From NCBI GenBank assembly GCA_020891255.1, contig BQFW01000014.1, positions 186,001 to 250,000 of the forward strand: a stretch of DNA of 64,000 nucleotides. Direction: 5' to 3'. How positions within the stretch are numbered: the stretch's first letter is position 1; the number at the start of each line of letters is the position of its first letter. The notes under the pieces were generated by a model. The model made no database searches, was not told the origin of the DNA, and was given only the letters and a program-made list of their open reading frames with translations. Below are positions 14,369-28,489 of the stretch, piece by piece. Made by a program: the position numbers and the translations under genes. The stretch is from Entomortierella parvispora E1425. Taxonomy: Eukaryota; Fungi; Mortierellomycota.

Positions 14369-15016
14369 ATGGCATTCTCATTCCATGCGCACGACCCACA
14401 GTCCATCGATGGCTCATCAGCGGCGTCTCTTTCTTTCTTTTCTTCCAACTCTTCCCCTGATCAATCTTCAGCCGCCCTGGTGATTTGGCGCTTGACAAAA
14501 GAACCCTCTTCTTCTTCTTCCTCTTCGTCCTCCTCCGATAATGCCATTACAATCCCAGCCGAGACCGTAACCAATGCACTTGACACGCTCTTTCCCCAAC
14601 TCTCTTCTTCCGCCAAAGCAGGTCCTTCTCTGGCCAGAATCACGGAATGTCTCTCCAACCCCGAGACGTTCACTCTCTTCATCGCCACAGAGGTCACCCC
14701 TTCCTCTACCTCTTCCTCTTCAGGGTATGGATTCCAGATCTCTAGGATCGTCGGATGCTTGACCCTGATCACCCTCAAGCTCCTCATGAATTCGCGTGCT
14801 CATATCGAAGATCTCGTCGTCCTCAACGATTGCCGTGGCTTGGGCTTGGGCCGTGCACTCATGCAACGCGCCCTGAACGAGGCTGTCCAGGTTCATCATT
14901 GCAAAATGGTCGATCTGACCAGCAAACCTGATCGTATTCAAGCCCGGACCCTGTATGAATCCTTGGGCTTCCAACTCAGAGACACTGGCGCCTTCCGATT
15001 CTATGCACCAGTGTAA
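14369..15016 (+). CDS. GNAT family N-acetyltransferase, intronless, bacterial-type core
   Basis: Acetyl-CoA motif A (HIEDLVV...RGLGLGRALM) and VDLTSKPDRIQARTLYESLGF; Ser-rich N-terminal extension. Confidence 0.88.
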   Translation: MAFSFHAHDPQSIDGSSAASLSFFSSNSSPDQSSAALVIWRLTKEPSSSSSSSSSSDNAITIPAETVTNALDTLFPQLSSSAKAGPSLARITECLSNPETFTLFIATEVTPSSTSSSSGYGFQISRIVGCLTLITLKLLMNSRAHIEDLVVLNDCRGLGLGRALMQRALNEAVQVHHCKMVDLTSKPDRIQARTLYESLGFQLRDTGAFRFYAPV

Positions 15017-15115
15017 TACAGCATCATCGTAGCATCATAGAGAAAAACAGAAAAAAAAAATAGACAATAAAATCTGGTTCTTGTTTATATTTTACTTTGG
15101 CCATGCTTTTATCCC

Positions 15116-18100
15116 TCAGTGGAGTCTTGAGAGTTCTTCCACGAGCTTGGTCACTTCCTCCAGGGAAGCCGTCAGGCGCTCACCCCCCTCAGCACCCTCC
15201 AGAACCTCATTGATTTCGTCCTGGTTCAGGTCCAAGAACAACTCGACAAGGTCACCATCCACAAAATTGGTCGACTCCAGAACCCTAGCATCGCTCCTGA
15301 ATCGCCTCCATCTATTTTTTTTTTGAGAGTATTCATTCAATTCAGGTTAGCTTTCAATTTCATCCGGCTTCACTGCACAAAGAATAAAAAAAAAGTGCCA
15401 TGAGCAGCTTACGAGGCATGATCCAATCCACCAACGCCTTTGATAACTTTGGTCATGTTGACCTCCAATTGATGAAGTAGTTCATATCGCTCGGGTGTCA
15501 AGGTTGCGATAACGCCAATGGTTCCACTGACGGTCGCAAAGAGCAGCTTTGGTACTGCTGGCGCATCTCCATCTTGGTTCGCCATCACCAATGTGCCTGT
15601 TTGACAACAAAACGATGAATGGCGGTCAGTCGCGGAAAATATAGATAGTAGCAGGAAGCGTCTTCATATCAACATTTGCCCTCTTACCATGCTTGAATCG
15701 GTTGACTGGTTCCCCCAAGTTCCATCCACCAGACCACTGCAACTGTTTGCCAGCATCTTCGTTGGTAGGATCCGTGTTCTTGATTAATGTGTACAGGCTT
15801 CCATTGTTGTTGGCACCAATAAAAGTCTCGTCGTCGATGGCCTCTGCCGTGCACAACATATCCATGCTCGTATCCCGTGCAATCTCCTCAATCTTGTTTT
15901 CGGCCGTCTTGTATCGCAAAAGAGTCATACTCTTCATCAGATCTCCAGCAAGGATAAACTCTCCTTGGACCGCCAGAGATACCAAAAACGTAAAGCCTCG
16001 GTGGGTGCACTCCAGTGACAACTTTGACTCTGCCGACGTGTTTTCAGCCTTCCACGAGTACATGCAGACATGCTCATTGATACCGCAAAGAAGCATGCCC
16101 TGGAATTCCTTGATGCAGATGACTCCTCCCTTCACAACAGTGGAGGCAGCCAGCTGCAGTTGACCATTTTCAAGAACTTCAAAGACCAAGATGCGACCCC
16201 TAGTTGGAACCGCGTCGTCCACTTTGTCCTCTTGTTCCACTTCTTCTGCCGTTCCCACAGCCAAGTATCTCGTCGAGTCTCCTGTAAAAGTTACCGCTGT
16301 GATAGACTGAGGGTCCTCGCCAGGCTGGAGCTTGTATGTAGTAAGAACTAGCGACAAGAGATTTTTTCAGTGTCAGCAACATATAAATGAAGAGAATATC
16401 CTGAACTCCATCACTGCTAATGCTCGATAGTTTACGGTCAAAGGTTTGGTCATCGTGCAACCGCAAGTATCCCACTTCCTCCTCAGCATCAGGCATGCTC
16501 ACTCCGCCAATCGACTGCTCATCCTGCAAAAGCCCAATCGAAAGGACACCAAAGCACTTGTGAGGTGCCAAATAGGCAATTCTTCGAGGACTTTCGACAA
16601 TGGGGAAGGTCTGAACGTGAAGCTCCTGGAATTCATCGATGCTTCCAATCCTCAAAACTGCCGACTCGTCAGATCCAACAATGGCCAATGCGTTGGGGTA
16701 TGCATCACAGTTGAATGAGGCTACAGTTTCCACCTGTCCAAGGTTCACATTGGAATACACGAGCTTGCGGTTTGAGCTGTAAATCACTGTGGGTCGGTCA
16801 CTGCACGCAAATACGTTACAGGACGATCCACTGTTCTGGCCGGCAGCAATGGGTCGCAGCAGAACAGGCTGTGTTCCCAGTGAGATGCGCTTGGGAACTG
16901 GCAAGGAGCTCAAGAAAGGGTCCAGAGCGAATGTCAATAGTTGTCCATCACCTATTTCATCACCGGTGGATTGTTAGTATAGACCAGAGTAATATCAAGC
17001 ATCCATCTACGGCGGATGTCTTACCAAGACCCGCAAGAAGATAAGGAACTCCCTCAAATCGAGCGAGAAGCAATGATCTGGGAAGGATTTCGCCTGGGAG
17101 ATCATGTGAAGCAAGAATCTCCATGGTAGGCAATCGAACAAGGGAAACTTTGATGTCCGTCCACAGCCCAACTGCGCATACTTGGGACGAGAGCGGGCTG
17201 GAAGGTATAATGGCGCTGACATCAATGCAGGCAATGTCATTCTCAAATGTTCTTCGCCTGTAGAGATAATCAAATACAATTTTACAAGGTCAGTTCGCAG
17301 TTGAAAGCATTGTATCCTGCTGCCAAAATATCCCAGTCCTTACCCAACTTCCTTGATGGCCTCCGATCCTACATCCAAGTATACCAATGTCTTTCCGCCA
17401 ACGGCCAATACGCATTGAGTAGCATTCATGGTCGCAATAGAAATCTGTTGACCTTGTGCTGGTTTCCACTCTGCGACAAGACCGGCTTGAATATGTTGTG
17501 AAGGGGCAATCAGTCGGACCGATTGTGAGCACACCTGCAGAAAGAGTCCACCTCGAACATTCCCGCAGAGCAGTGTCGACGAGTTGGTCTCAAATCCTTC
17601 CAATTCTTCTTGTACCATCTCAGACTCCTGAGTGACGCTGACCACCCTGGTTGAATCCAGAAAGCTCATAACCAAGGTATTTTCCGAGCTATTCCGTGCC
17701 ACAGAAAATTGTTGGTATTTTTAGTATGTAGATCTTAGCACTGCCAATGTTGCCTGACCATTACCAATCCAGATCTGCGCTGGGGTCCTACCTCGACTCA
17801 AGATTCTGCTTGAGAGACCACAGACCTTTGATGCCAGGAAGATCTAGTACTGCTCGGTCATTGATGCCCACTCCACTCCTGACAATACGTAGGGATCCAT
17901 CCTTAAATGCTCCAGAGCACGCAACAATTTGACCCTACAAAGGAGATGATATTAATTAGTGCCGGACAAAATCCTCAAGCAGTTGAGAAAATCCAGCGCT
18001 TATGACCCTGCAATGATACATACTTGACCCTGACCCTCGAGATCGACAATATCAAAGTCTGCAATGGGCGCAATATTGACAAAGGTCTCTGCTACCTCAA

Positions 18101-19645
18101 TGTACTCTCCTTCTGCATCAGGATCTGTGTGAAGCAAGACTAGCTGCGAGTCGCCGAGGTGAGATCCAACATAGACATGGTTATTGTCCAAGTACACAAT
18201 GGCCTCCGGAATTGAGGTTGTTCCAAGAAACTCAAACTTCAGGTCCTTGACTTGCAGGCCACTGGAAAGAGCAGGAGCTGGTTGCGTGATCAAAACAAGG
18301 ATATACATCATTCCGGTATGGTCGCCCAAGAGATATCGATCGCCTCGCTCGTCCACACGTTCATAGCATTGTAAAATGCTGGCATTAATGGCAATTGATC
18401 GCGGTTCCGAGTGCTGCGCTGGGTTAAAGTACGAAATTGTATATTCGCCAACAACCAAAAGACCACCTAAACATTTGGAGAAAAAAAAATTGAACGGAAA
18501 TATCCTTTTGTTAGAATCAATGGCTGCGCAATGATAGCCCCGAGCCGTTTTCTTGTGCTACAATCATTGTTTTTTCCACAGGTCGTTATTACCAATAGGG
18601 GCGGGAACGGCCACGCAAGTGCGCGCTCCACTCAGATCGCTCTGGATCCATCCAGTTTCGACCTTTTCTTTCTTCTTGAGGTCAAACTCGTATGTCTTGA
18701 CATGTCGAATTTCCTTCTTGTCCTGGTACAATACGGCCAGAGTTGGCCTGTGGCAGCCATGTAAAAACACCATTGACATGATGGTCACTTCCTCAATAGG
18801 CACATTGAATTGGTCCAAGAAAGTCTTGTCTACGATCCTGCTTGCTTTTAACGCGCTTGCGATACTTCTCGGCGCCGATCCTGAAGTGTTATCGTTAGGG
18901 CGAGGTGCAGATGGGTTGACTGTGACGCACTTTAGCAATCCTTGGTAGAGATGGCAGCAAATAAGGGTTGATGTTGGGTCGATGATAACGATCTGACCGT
19001 CGTCTGCAGGACGTGCATGGCGATCCCGCAGGTCGAGGAGTGAGTCTGAAGTGATACTGAAGTGCGCAGAGCCGCTGTCGGTCTCTGGATTCGAGAGATT
19101 CAGCGAAAGCGTAAGCATCTGATAATGCGTCGTTGTCAGCAATAGCATATCTGTGTCATGGCCCTGTTGTGCATGAAAGTCCCCGGATCAACCAATCGAC
19201 CAGTTTTCAATGAAAAAGGGGCGGACAAGAGCAGATCGAAATATCAAAAAAAAAAAAAAAAAAAAAAAAAAAAAGCGTTAGAACAGGACCTCAAAACTCT
19301 CGGTAGGTATGGTATATGCTGGGAAGTCTCTTACGGGAGGTCGAAAGGGCTCCATGCAAGCAATTTCACCATAGAGACCAAACTCCTTGACCATCTTGAG
19401 TCCATCCCTGCCGACAAGATAGACCTCGACCCGGGTTCCTTTGCTATTGTTTTGCAAGGATTTTTAACGATCAGTTGGAAGTTCGAAAGAAGGAATGAAG
19501 GCAGGAGCAGTCAACTGAACAGCGCTGCAGACTGTAGGAGAGTAGCCTACCCGAGGATGAGGTTGAGGTCATTGGGTCCAGTGAAGTTGCCCTTGATGGC
19601 ATTGAACACAGCGCTGGACTTGCGGGCGGTGAAGACGATGTTCAT
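15116..19645 (-). CDS. DDB1: DNA damage-binding protein 1 (CUL4 adaptor, three beta-propellers), many exons
   Basis: Start [31 protein letters not shown]; motifs [79 protein letters not shown]. Confidence 0.96.
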
Positions 19646-20029
19646 TGCTACAGTTGAATACGGCGAGCGATTGTCCGAGTCTTTCTTTTTTGTGACGAAG
19701 CTCGCTCCTATCCGTGGCGAGTGGCGGTTTCTGAAACGAGAGAGAAGAGAAATGGAGAAGAGAGGAGAGCGAAGGAGAACTAGACTGAGGCCGAGAAAGA
19801 CAAAAGAAGACAAAAGGAAAATGAGGGAGACGAAAGCGAATGCGCGTCGCATTCGCGCATGTTTGAAATGAGCAGAGGCAGGGGTGAGGGAAGAAAAAAA
19901 ATATGCACGTGACCCAAGGCACGTGCACGCTGTAAGACGAAAAGGAGCAGTGAGCACATGCATGCATGCACGCATGGACACATTCTACTCTTCCCTGCCA
20001 TTCTCTCCTCATTCTTACCTTTATTTTTC

Positions 20030-23000
20030 ATGGAGTCGAATCTCAACGGCAGGCTTTTATCCTCACCCGCTAATTCAAAGCTCCGCCACAACAACGGCGA
20101 CAATGACAAGGAACATGGAGACTCAAAGTCCAAACGAGCCTCGTGGCAAGCGACTTCCAAGGACGCGCCTCAGGACCACGCGCGTCGCCAAAGCAGCCGA
20201 TCTTCCACTTTTGCCAACTCGCTCTACGATTCACCCACAAAGCCATCTTCCTCGGAGCGTAGACCTGCCTCTGTCTCAGGCCCAACCTCAGTATCTATTC
20301 CAGACTCCCCGATCTTGACGCAGGACCTTGCGGACCTCTGGAACGAGAAAGCCATGTCCGAGAGTGGCCTCAGTCAACACGACCCTAGTGCGAGTATGAT
20401 TATCGAGGATGCGAGTCCTCCTCTCCCCTGGAAAGATCCCAGCTCTCGGTTCAGTACCGGAGACACCTTGAGTTCGAGTCAGCGCTTCAGTGTCGATTCC
20501 TTGTCCGGTGGTGGTAACGAAAACCAACTTCAGAAATGGAGAGAAATACCAAAAAAAAAAAAGTTCCTAATCTCTTGATTTGTTATATCTAGCGTTTGCA
20601 ATGCCAACGAGTCAGCAGCCTTCGTTGTCGTCTTCTCGGCAGCTGTCTTTGACGGAGGCGGATCCCGGCAACGAGTCAACAAAACAGGATGTCCCAGCGA
20701 TTCCCTCAGCAGAGACAAAACGGAGAAAATGGCAGTCGCCCAAAGTGCAAAAGATTATTGAATCCTCTTTAATCGGCGAGGATATCAAGGAGGAGCAGAC
20801 GGTCGGTGGCGATCCTTCATCCCCATCCCTTTCCGAGGTCCATCTTTTTGATTCCCCAATAGCCCAAGCCAGTCCACCGACCTTTGAGCAGTCCACACCC
20901 AAGCTAACCAAAAACTTAATACCGAAGTCATCCGCTTTTGGGTTGCGAGGTCTATCGGGTCCAGGGAGCGGGATTGTCTCGGGACTGACGTCTCTCAAGA
21001 ACTCAATCATGATCCCTGCACTGTCGTTCAACCACAAACCTGAAAGCAGCACGGCCAGATCACAGTCAAGTTCGCTAGCTGCATCTCAAAGCAGTCTACT
21101 AGATTTCGTCGTCCCTGATCGACCCAGCTCGCGTCAAGGCCACCGTCAGCATGATTCTTCCTCATCCACGGCAGCAAGTTCGCCCTTTGTGATCACCAGT
21201 TCTTTTGTAAGCTCTGGGAATGGAGCGCCTCGATCCAAACGAGATGTAGGCGTAAAGAAATCATTTCGCAGGAGACGGATGGCTAGTCAAAACTCCTCTA
21301 TCCTTTCGCTTTCCAACCTCGAGACTGGATTCCAGCAACTGGTCCGAAAACAGAGCCAACTTTCTGCACACAAAGTGGATCTCTGCCGAGAATTGATATC
21401 GCTCTACAGTCGAAGGAACACCAACGAGAAGAAGCAAGAGGAAGCCATTGCAGCGGAGGCTTTTGAGGATGCGGAGGCAGCCGGGACAACAATTTATCTC
21501 ATCCAGGAGAGAATCATGAAGCTCGAGTCGATCTATGGAGAAACAGATAAGGCACTATGGGAGGCTAAGAAGCAACAGGACGAGCTGGGACAGTCGATTG
21601 TTGAGACACATGGTGCAGTAATGCAAGAGATGGATCAAATGCGACAGGCTCGAGAGCAAGAGAAGAGAGACTACCAGGAGGAGATGGAAAAACAGCGTGA
21701 GATTGAGCAAGCCAGGATTCAAGCCGAGCGACAGGAGATAAAGCAAGCTGGTGATGAGATTGCGGCCAGGAAAGAGGTTTTAGAGAAGGAGCGGGAGAAG
21801 ATTGCAGGTCATGTGGGGACCGACACCGCCATTGAACAAGTCGAGATGACGCTACTATTGGAGAAACGAGCCAAAGTGAGGGTAAGAGGTCTTTATCAGC
21901 ACGAATGACGATGCTGGTTGTTGCTCAACTAGCAGGTTACTTGGACCCGCGTCTGTTAACATTGTTAACACGTTTTATTTGTAGACCGAGATCCAGGAAC
22001 TAGAAAAAAGACTGAGTGGACTTCGGCAGCAAGACAAGGAACTTAGCCATGGTATTGACAAATTTCAGAAGCAGATCGACGTTGTTGCAAAGAAATTCGA
22101 GGAGCAAACAACTGCCCTTACTGTCGAAATGAGGCAGCTCGAGCGCCAAAACAGTGAAATTCAGAGCAGGACACACAGACTGGACCAGCAAGAGTCTCAT
22201 CTGCAAAAGATTGTCGATGGTACGGGGTCTACACAAGTCGAAATATCAGCGGAAATTGATGCGATTGTTTCTCAGCAGTCAAAGTTGGAGGAGGTTCGAC
22301 AGCAGTTTGTTTCTGAGCTTGGCACCATCCAAAAACTCAGACTCGAGGAAGAGGCATTCCGGGAGAAGGAGGCTAGTTGGACTTTGAGAGCCAGCAGTTT
22401 GAGCGAAGATGTACGAAAACAAGACAGGAAACTGTGTGACCTCACGGACCGTATTGCGCAAGAACAAAAGGCTCTGACGGATCTAGAATACGAGATTGAG
22501 ACGTGTCAGAAGAGGATATTGAAGGCGGAGTCGCTGAAGGATATCTCTGTCCAGCGTAAGTCTTCTTTTTTTGATAGGGACTATAGCTTGCTCAACCTGA
22601 CACTACACATCGTCATTTTCTTTTACAGGTCGTGATTTCAAGCAGGCATCACAGCTTTCAAGCGAAATAACTCGGCAACAGGGTATCAAAAAAGATCTAG
22701 AGTCACAATTGGAATCGCTAAGTGCAAGGTTGAAGGCTCCAGCTGACAACGGACTGGAATCACTACGGCATGAATGCGACAACGTTCAAACGTTTGTCAA
22801 GGGAGAGGAGGCCACTTTGGCAAAGGAGATTCAAGCTGCAGTCGTAGAAACTCTGGCTCGACTTGATACACTGGCAAAGGAATTGTCCTCTGGACATGGC
22901 GCAGAACCAGAGGCTGGATTGACTGCGGGTCAATTATCTCTGCAGTCACTCAATGAGATTCGATCTGAGGTTGAGCATGTTCGAGAGATGTCTAGAATCC

Positions 23001-23278
23001 GTTTTGGACGGGAGGAGACGGTCCATTCTTCATTATTAACGACAAAGGACATGCTCGGCGAAGATCAGGTTGATGTCCAGCGCCGCAAACTTGAACGATC
23101 TATCCAAGCTGCTGTCGCTGAAGAAGACTATGATGCCGCAGGTACGAATGCCTCTGTTATCACCTTGCATGATATGGTTGCGATGATGTCTTTAAACAGC
23201 GTCTTTTCTTTTTCTTTTGTGCTCATTTCTCGTTCTGATACGATAGCCAATTTGCAAGCACAGCTGGACGCACTTTGA
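20030..23278 (+). CDS. Large Ser-rich/coiled-coil protein with C-terminal UVR (UvrB/UvrC) motif, function unknown
   Basis: Consecutive ORFs 19958-20578, 20580-21908, 22129-22635 and 22709-23278 are joined by GT-AG introns. Long heptad regions; the spliced C-terminus AVAEEDYDAA/ANLQAQLDAL fits the UVR motif. Confidence 0.75.
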
Positions 23279-23826
23279 GGTGTGGAGACAAACCAAAAAA
23301 AAAAAAAAAGAGAGAACGAGTGAAGAGAAAAGGCACGATACCCGGCTCCCAACTGTCAACGTGACACGGACGCCTGTCAGCATGACTCTTTTTGTCTTTT
23401 GGAAAGAGAAAAATAAAGAGGCGCAGGCAGACAAGGCCAAAAAAAAAAAAGAAACGGAGTGCGCGCTCAGAAGACATCCCGCATGGGGCCAATGCGCCGC
23501 ATTGCATGCAGCGGTCACGTGGTCAGTATATTTTCTTTTGTTCCTTTTTTTTTGAGTCAGCGGCAGGGGCAGAGAGACGGGCAGTCGGGCAATGGAAAAC
23601 ACAGCTGGACCACAAAAGCACGCCTTCGTCTGCCCTTGCTTCCTTTTCTCATCTCTTTCATCAGATTACCGTTTGCAACCACCCGCACCCCTCGAGAACC
23701 GACGAGCCGACTGCACCCCACCCCTTGGCAGACAATAGAGCTACACAGCGACAGAGAGCAAGAAACACAGCCACCCCAGGACACTCTGATCAGTTTTTTT
23801 TACTTTCCCACACACACACACTCAAC

Positions 23827-26584
23827 ATGTCCCCAGCAACCATCAAGGCTGGCATTGCCATGCCACCAAAGGCCGAGAACAAGTAAGGATTCTCTCCAGT
23901 CATCTCATTTCCCATCCCCTCAGTAGCACACACTTGCATTTCAAGCGTTCTATTCTATATCTTCTCGAGATATCTTGAAAGGCGAGCCGACGTGCAAAAA
24001 GGACCTTTAACTCGGCATTGTACCTTAATTCGCCTTTTGAGCAGCGGGATATAGACCAGATCAGAGGCGACAGGACTTTACCCTCCTTTTACGATGCTGT
24101 TCGTGAACTCCTACTCAACGGCATTGACCACTTTCAACTCTATGGACATTGCTGACTAATCCCATCCTTTCATGATATAGGGTCCCAATTCCCGGCCAGC
24201 GCAACGTCCTGATCACCTCTGCTCTGCCCTACGTCAACAACGTTCCTCACTTGGGTAACATTATCGGATCAACCCTCAGTGGAGATGTCTATGCCAGGTA
24301 AGAAGAGGACAGTTGGACTGTCAACAACGAGAAGAAGGCTGTTTTTCGGTCGATGGACTCTGGATCACTCACTGCGCTTTGTGTTTTTATTCTTTCTTCA
24401 GATACTGCCGTGCCAGGAACGTGAATGCTTTGTATATCGGAGGCACTGACGAGTACGGTACCGCAACTGAGACCAAGGCCTTGTCGGATGGTGTCACTTG
24501 CCAGGAGCTCTGCGACAAGTACTACCCCATCCATAAGCAGTGCTACGAGTGGATGGAGATTGACTTTGACAAGTTTGGTCGGACAACAACCGAGGAGCAG
24601 ACCAAGATTGCTCAGGATATCTTTTTGAACTTGCACAAGCGTGGTCTCTTGGTCGAGGATACCATGCTCCAGCTGTACTGCGGTCAATGCGACAGGTAAC
24701 AAAAAAGAAAAAATAGAAACAGAAAGAGGACTCTTTCTATCTGGCTTTTTTTTTTGACGTTTGGAAAAACATTGTTGTCTTGACATATTTATTGTGCCCC
24801 TTGCCATGCTTTAGATACCTTGCTGACCGTTTCGTCGAGGGAACCTGCCCCAAGTGCAACTACGATGTATGTGTTTGATCTTGTCTTTCGGAAAGGGAAA
24901 GGATCTTTTCTTTTCGCAGAAACACGGCTCAATGATTGATTGATTACACCATACTCATTTCTTTCTTTTTTTCCATTCACCCCCCCTCGCCCCAATAACA
25001 GGATGCTCGTGGTGATCAGTGCGACCAGTGCGGATCCCTCTTGAACGCCACAGAGCTCGTCAACCCCCGCTGCAAATTGGATGGAAACCGCCCCGTTCAG
25101 AAAGAGTCAAAACACATGTTCTTGGACTTGACCACCCTTCAGCCAAAGTGCGAGGCCTGGTTCGAGAAGGCATCGCAGGAGGGCCGCTGGTCCAGCAACT
25201 CAAAGTTGATTACCCAGTCCTGGCTCAAGGAGGGCTTGAAGTTGCGTTGCATTACCCGTGATCTCAAGTGGGGCACCCCCGTGCCCTTGCCTGGATGGGA
25301 GGGCAAGGTCTTTTATGTCTGGTTCGATGCCCCCATCGGTTACCCCTCCATCACTGCCACTTACACCAAGGATTGGGAAAAGTGGTGGAAGAACCCCGAG
25401 GACGTCAAGTTGTTCCAGTTCATGGGCAAGGACAACGTTCCCTTCCACACTGTCATCTTCCCCAGTACTTTGATCGGTACTGAGGAGAACTGGACTCTCT
25501 TGAACACCCTTAGCACTACTGGTATGTGTTTTTTTACTCTTTGATGTTTACAATGTTCAGGAATTGTTGCCACAAAGAGAAATGAGGAGTAACATATCAT
25601 CCCCTCATGGGACACGATCATCCATTAGAGTACCTCCAATACGAGACTGGCAAGTTCTCAAAGTCGCGTGGAGTCGGTATCTTTGGCAACAATGTTCAGG
25701 ACACTGGTATCCCCCCCTCGGTCTGGCGTTACTACCTCTTGTCGAACCGTCCCGAATCGAACGACTCTCAGTTCCTCTGGAAGGATTTCATTGCCCGCAA
25801 CAACAACGAGTTGTTGGCCAATGCCGGTAACTTTGTCAACCGTGTCATCAAGTTTGTGAACGCAAAATACGAGTCCAACGTGCCCTCGATCGAGACCGCC
25901 GCTGCTCCTACAGAGTCGGACGAGAAGTTGATCCGGGAGGTCAACGAGAAGCTCAAGCTCTACATTGAGGCCTTGGAGGATGTCAAGATCCGTGAGGGCT
26001 TGCGTTTGGCCATGGAGATCTCTGCCCTCGGCAACGTCTACTTGCAGGAGAACAAGATTGATAATACCCTCTTTGCCGAACACAGAGACCGTTGCGATCG
26101 TGTCGTCATCACCGCCTTGAACTTGATCTACCTCTTGTCGGCCTTGTTCTTCCCCTTCATGCCCTCGACCTCAGAGTCCATTGCCCGTCAATTGAACGCC
26201 CCTATCCGTCTCTTGCCCGATGTCTTCACCGTCGACGCCATCTTGCCCGGCCATGTCATCAACAAGGCCGAGTACCTCTTCAAGCGCATCGATGAGAAGC
26301 AGGAGGAGCTCTGGCGCACAAAGTACGGCGGCAACGGATCGGCTCCCGAGCCCGAGAAGAAGAAGAAGCGTGGTGGCCCCAAGGCCGCCCCTGCCCCTGT
26401 CTTCCAGGGTGAGAAGACGGAGGAGGTCCTTGCCTTGGAGAAGCAGATCGAGGAGCAAGGTGTCAAGGTCCGTGAGCTCAAGGCTGCCAAGGCCGAGGCT
26501 GCCGCCGTCACCGCCGAGGTCCAGACCTTGTTGGGATTGAAGAAGGATTTGAACGATCTCTTTGCCAAGCTCACCGTTGCTTAA
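23827..26584 (+). CDS. MES1: Cytoplasmic methionyl-tRNA synthetase with C-terminal WHEP-like domain
   Basis: [16 protein letters not shown] (HIGH-type), CPKC/CDQC zinc knuckles, [22 protein letters not shown]; C-terminal [12 protein letters not shown] helix. Confidence 0.96.
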
Positions 26585-26705
26585 ATCTTGCTGACTTCAG
26601 CATCATAAAATAAATACACTGTTTTTTCATCGTTATTTTGGTTTTTATTGTGTAGGGGTGAGGACGTCTTTGTACGGGCATGGTTTAGGTTGCCCTGTTT
26701 TTTTT

Positions 26706-28489
26706 TTACTTGCTGTCCCCATCCTTCTTTTCATCTTCCTTCTTCTTCTTGTCCTGGTCCTCGTCCGCGGCACTGTTGTTGGAGGCGGAAGAGAAGCCCT
26801 GGAGGACGTTCTGGATACGGGGGTCGTTCGTGTCAACGCCCTGAAGTGAGCCCAAGACAGAGTTCATAAAGTCGGGATCTTGCATTGCCTCATCATAGTC
26901 TCCACCCTTGTTTGCTGCAGAGTCGTCCTCACCAGACATCGACATTTGGATAGCACGTTGCATCTGCTCCTCTTCTGTCAAACCCTCCATGTCGTGATCG
27001 CCCTAGAAAAAAAGCCCCCGGATTCATTAGACCAATGGACTTGCTAGAAAACATGGGCGCCTTTCTCTGGGTGACAATAAAACAAAACTCGACTTACATC
27101 TCCTTGTGATGAGGCCAATGCCTGGGCCAACAAATCATCCTCAACAGACATGGCCCCGCTGGCAGTCTCTCCAGCAGCAGCGGGTGCGGCCTCAGCACCA
27201 CCCTCGGCCTTGGCGGCACCACCACTGGCAGATTCCTGACGAGCGCGCTCCTCCTCCAATGAGATTCTGAGAGCAAGAGCCAGTTCTGGGTCCAAGTTGG
27301 GATCCACGCCGAATTCGTAGCTTCCACCTCCGCTTGAAACATAGGCTGGGGCAGAGCCATCCTCTCCAGCAACGATAGCAGAGCTGACAAGAATGTCACT
27401 CAACAGATGTGGGCCTGGTGGAACCGTAACCAAGTTACTGTTGAAGGCGACAAAGTGATTGATATTTGGGTTAGTAACCATCCAGTCCAGAATGTATCGT
27501 TGAGTGAGTCCATATGTGCCATTTCCACTGTACCTATTATCATTGCTGTTCACAGCAGCCACAAATGCCTCCAATTTTGTCGTATTCTCGGCTTCCTCTC
27601 CAAAGTTGACCACGTCGACGGCGATGTTGTTCTTCTTCAGCTTCTTGGCCAACTTGACAAGTGTCTTTTCGTCTTCCTCCACAGGACTTCCAACGAATAC
27701 AATAATCCTCTGTCTCTGGTTCTTGTTCTGACGATGCTTCAATGCGAGCTAGAACAGTCGAGAGTGATATGAATGAATGCATCAGTACGTTGTCCTTCTC
27801 GCTTTTCCAGTCTTTCGTAAAAGACAAAGGTACGACATCATGATCCAGTAGTTGCTGCATGTCCTTGGTCCTGTTACCTGAGCAATCTGAACGCTGGTTG
27901 TGAATGACACCTGTCCTCCAATCGTCACGTTATGAAGTGCCGTCAAGATCTTTCCGAGGTCGGATGTAAATGTGACGAGTACTTTGGGACTGAGAATCAG
28001 AACAAAAGGAATAGGGGGGGTTAGCAACGGTACATCATATTGGTCATATTCGATATCCCGATCGTGGCTTCATCATTGCTTTCCACGAGAGGAGGGCTCA
28101 GTCATACCTCTTTCCAGCCATGGTCATCAAGCTGACAGTGTTTTCAGGGTTAGATTGGGTCTTGGCACCAAAGATCAGGTTGACGGCATCAGCCTGTGCC
28201 TCCAGGCGAGTAGGCGTATAATCACCACTAATCCGCGAGGTGAAGAAGATACAAAAAGAGGGTCAATGATCCCATCCGTGCTATCGTCCTTGTCTGTTCT
28301 GATGATCGCGTTCTCCTGCTAAAGACGCGTGGTCGAGCGTGCACCTACTTTCTCATCCATTCCGAGTTATCCAACCTATATGCGGATCAAGGAGAGCATG
28401 GATCAGTACACTGTGGATAGTCGCACGACTATGTCGGCATGGATCAGAGTGCTGGTCGCTTACACCAAGATAGCAGCCTCCAGGACCAT
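26706..28489 (-). CDS. RPN10: 26S proteasome ubiquitin receptor Rpn10/PSMD4
   Basis: [32 protein letters not shown] domain, [29 protein letters not shown] and later UIM motifs. Confidence 0.96.

Noticed and set aside
23960-24040. Hairpin (AAAGGCGA/TCGCCTTT, GCCGA/TCGGC) in MetRS intron 1 as an H/ACA snoRNA
   Set aside because: H box spacing and a second hairpin with a pseudouridylation pocket are not convincing.
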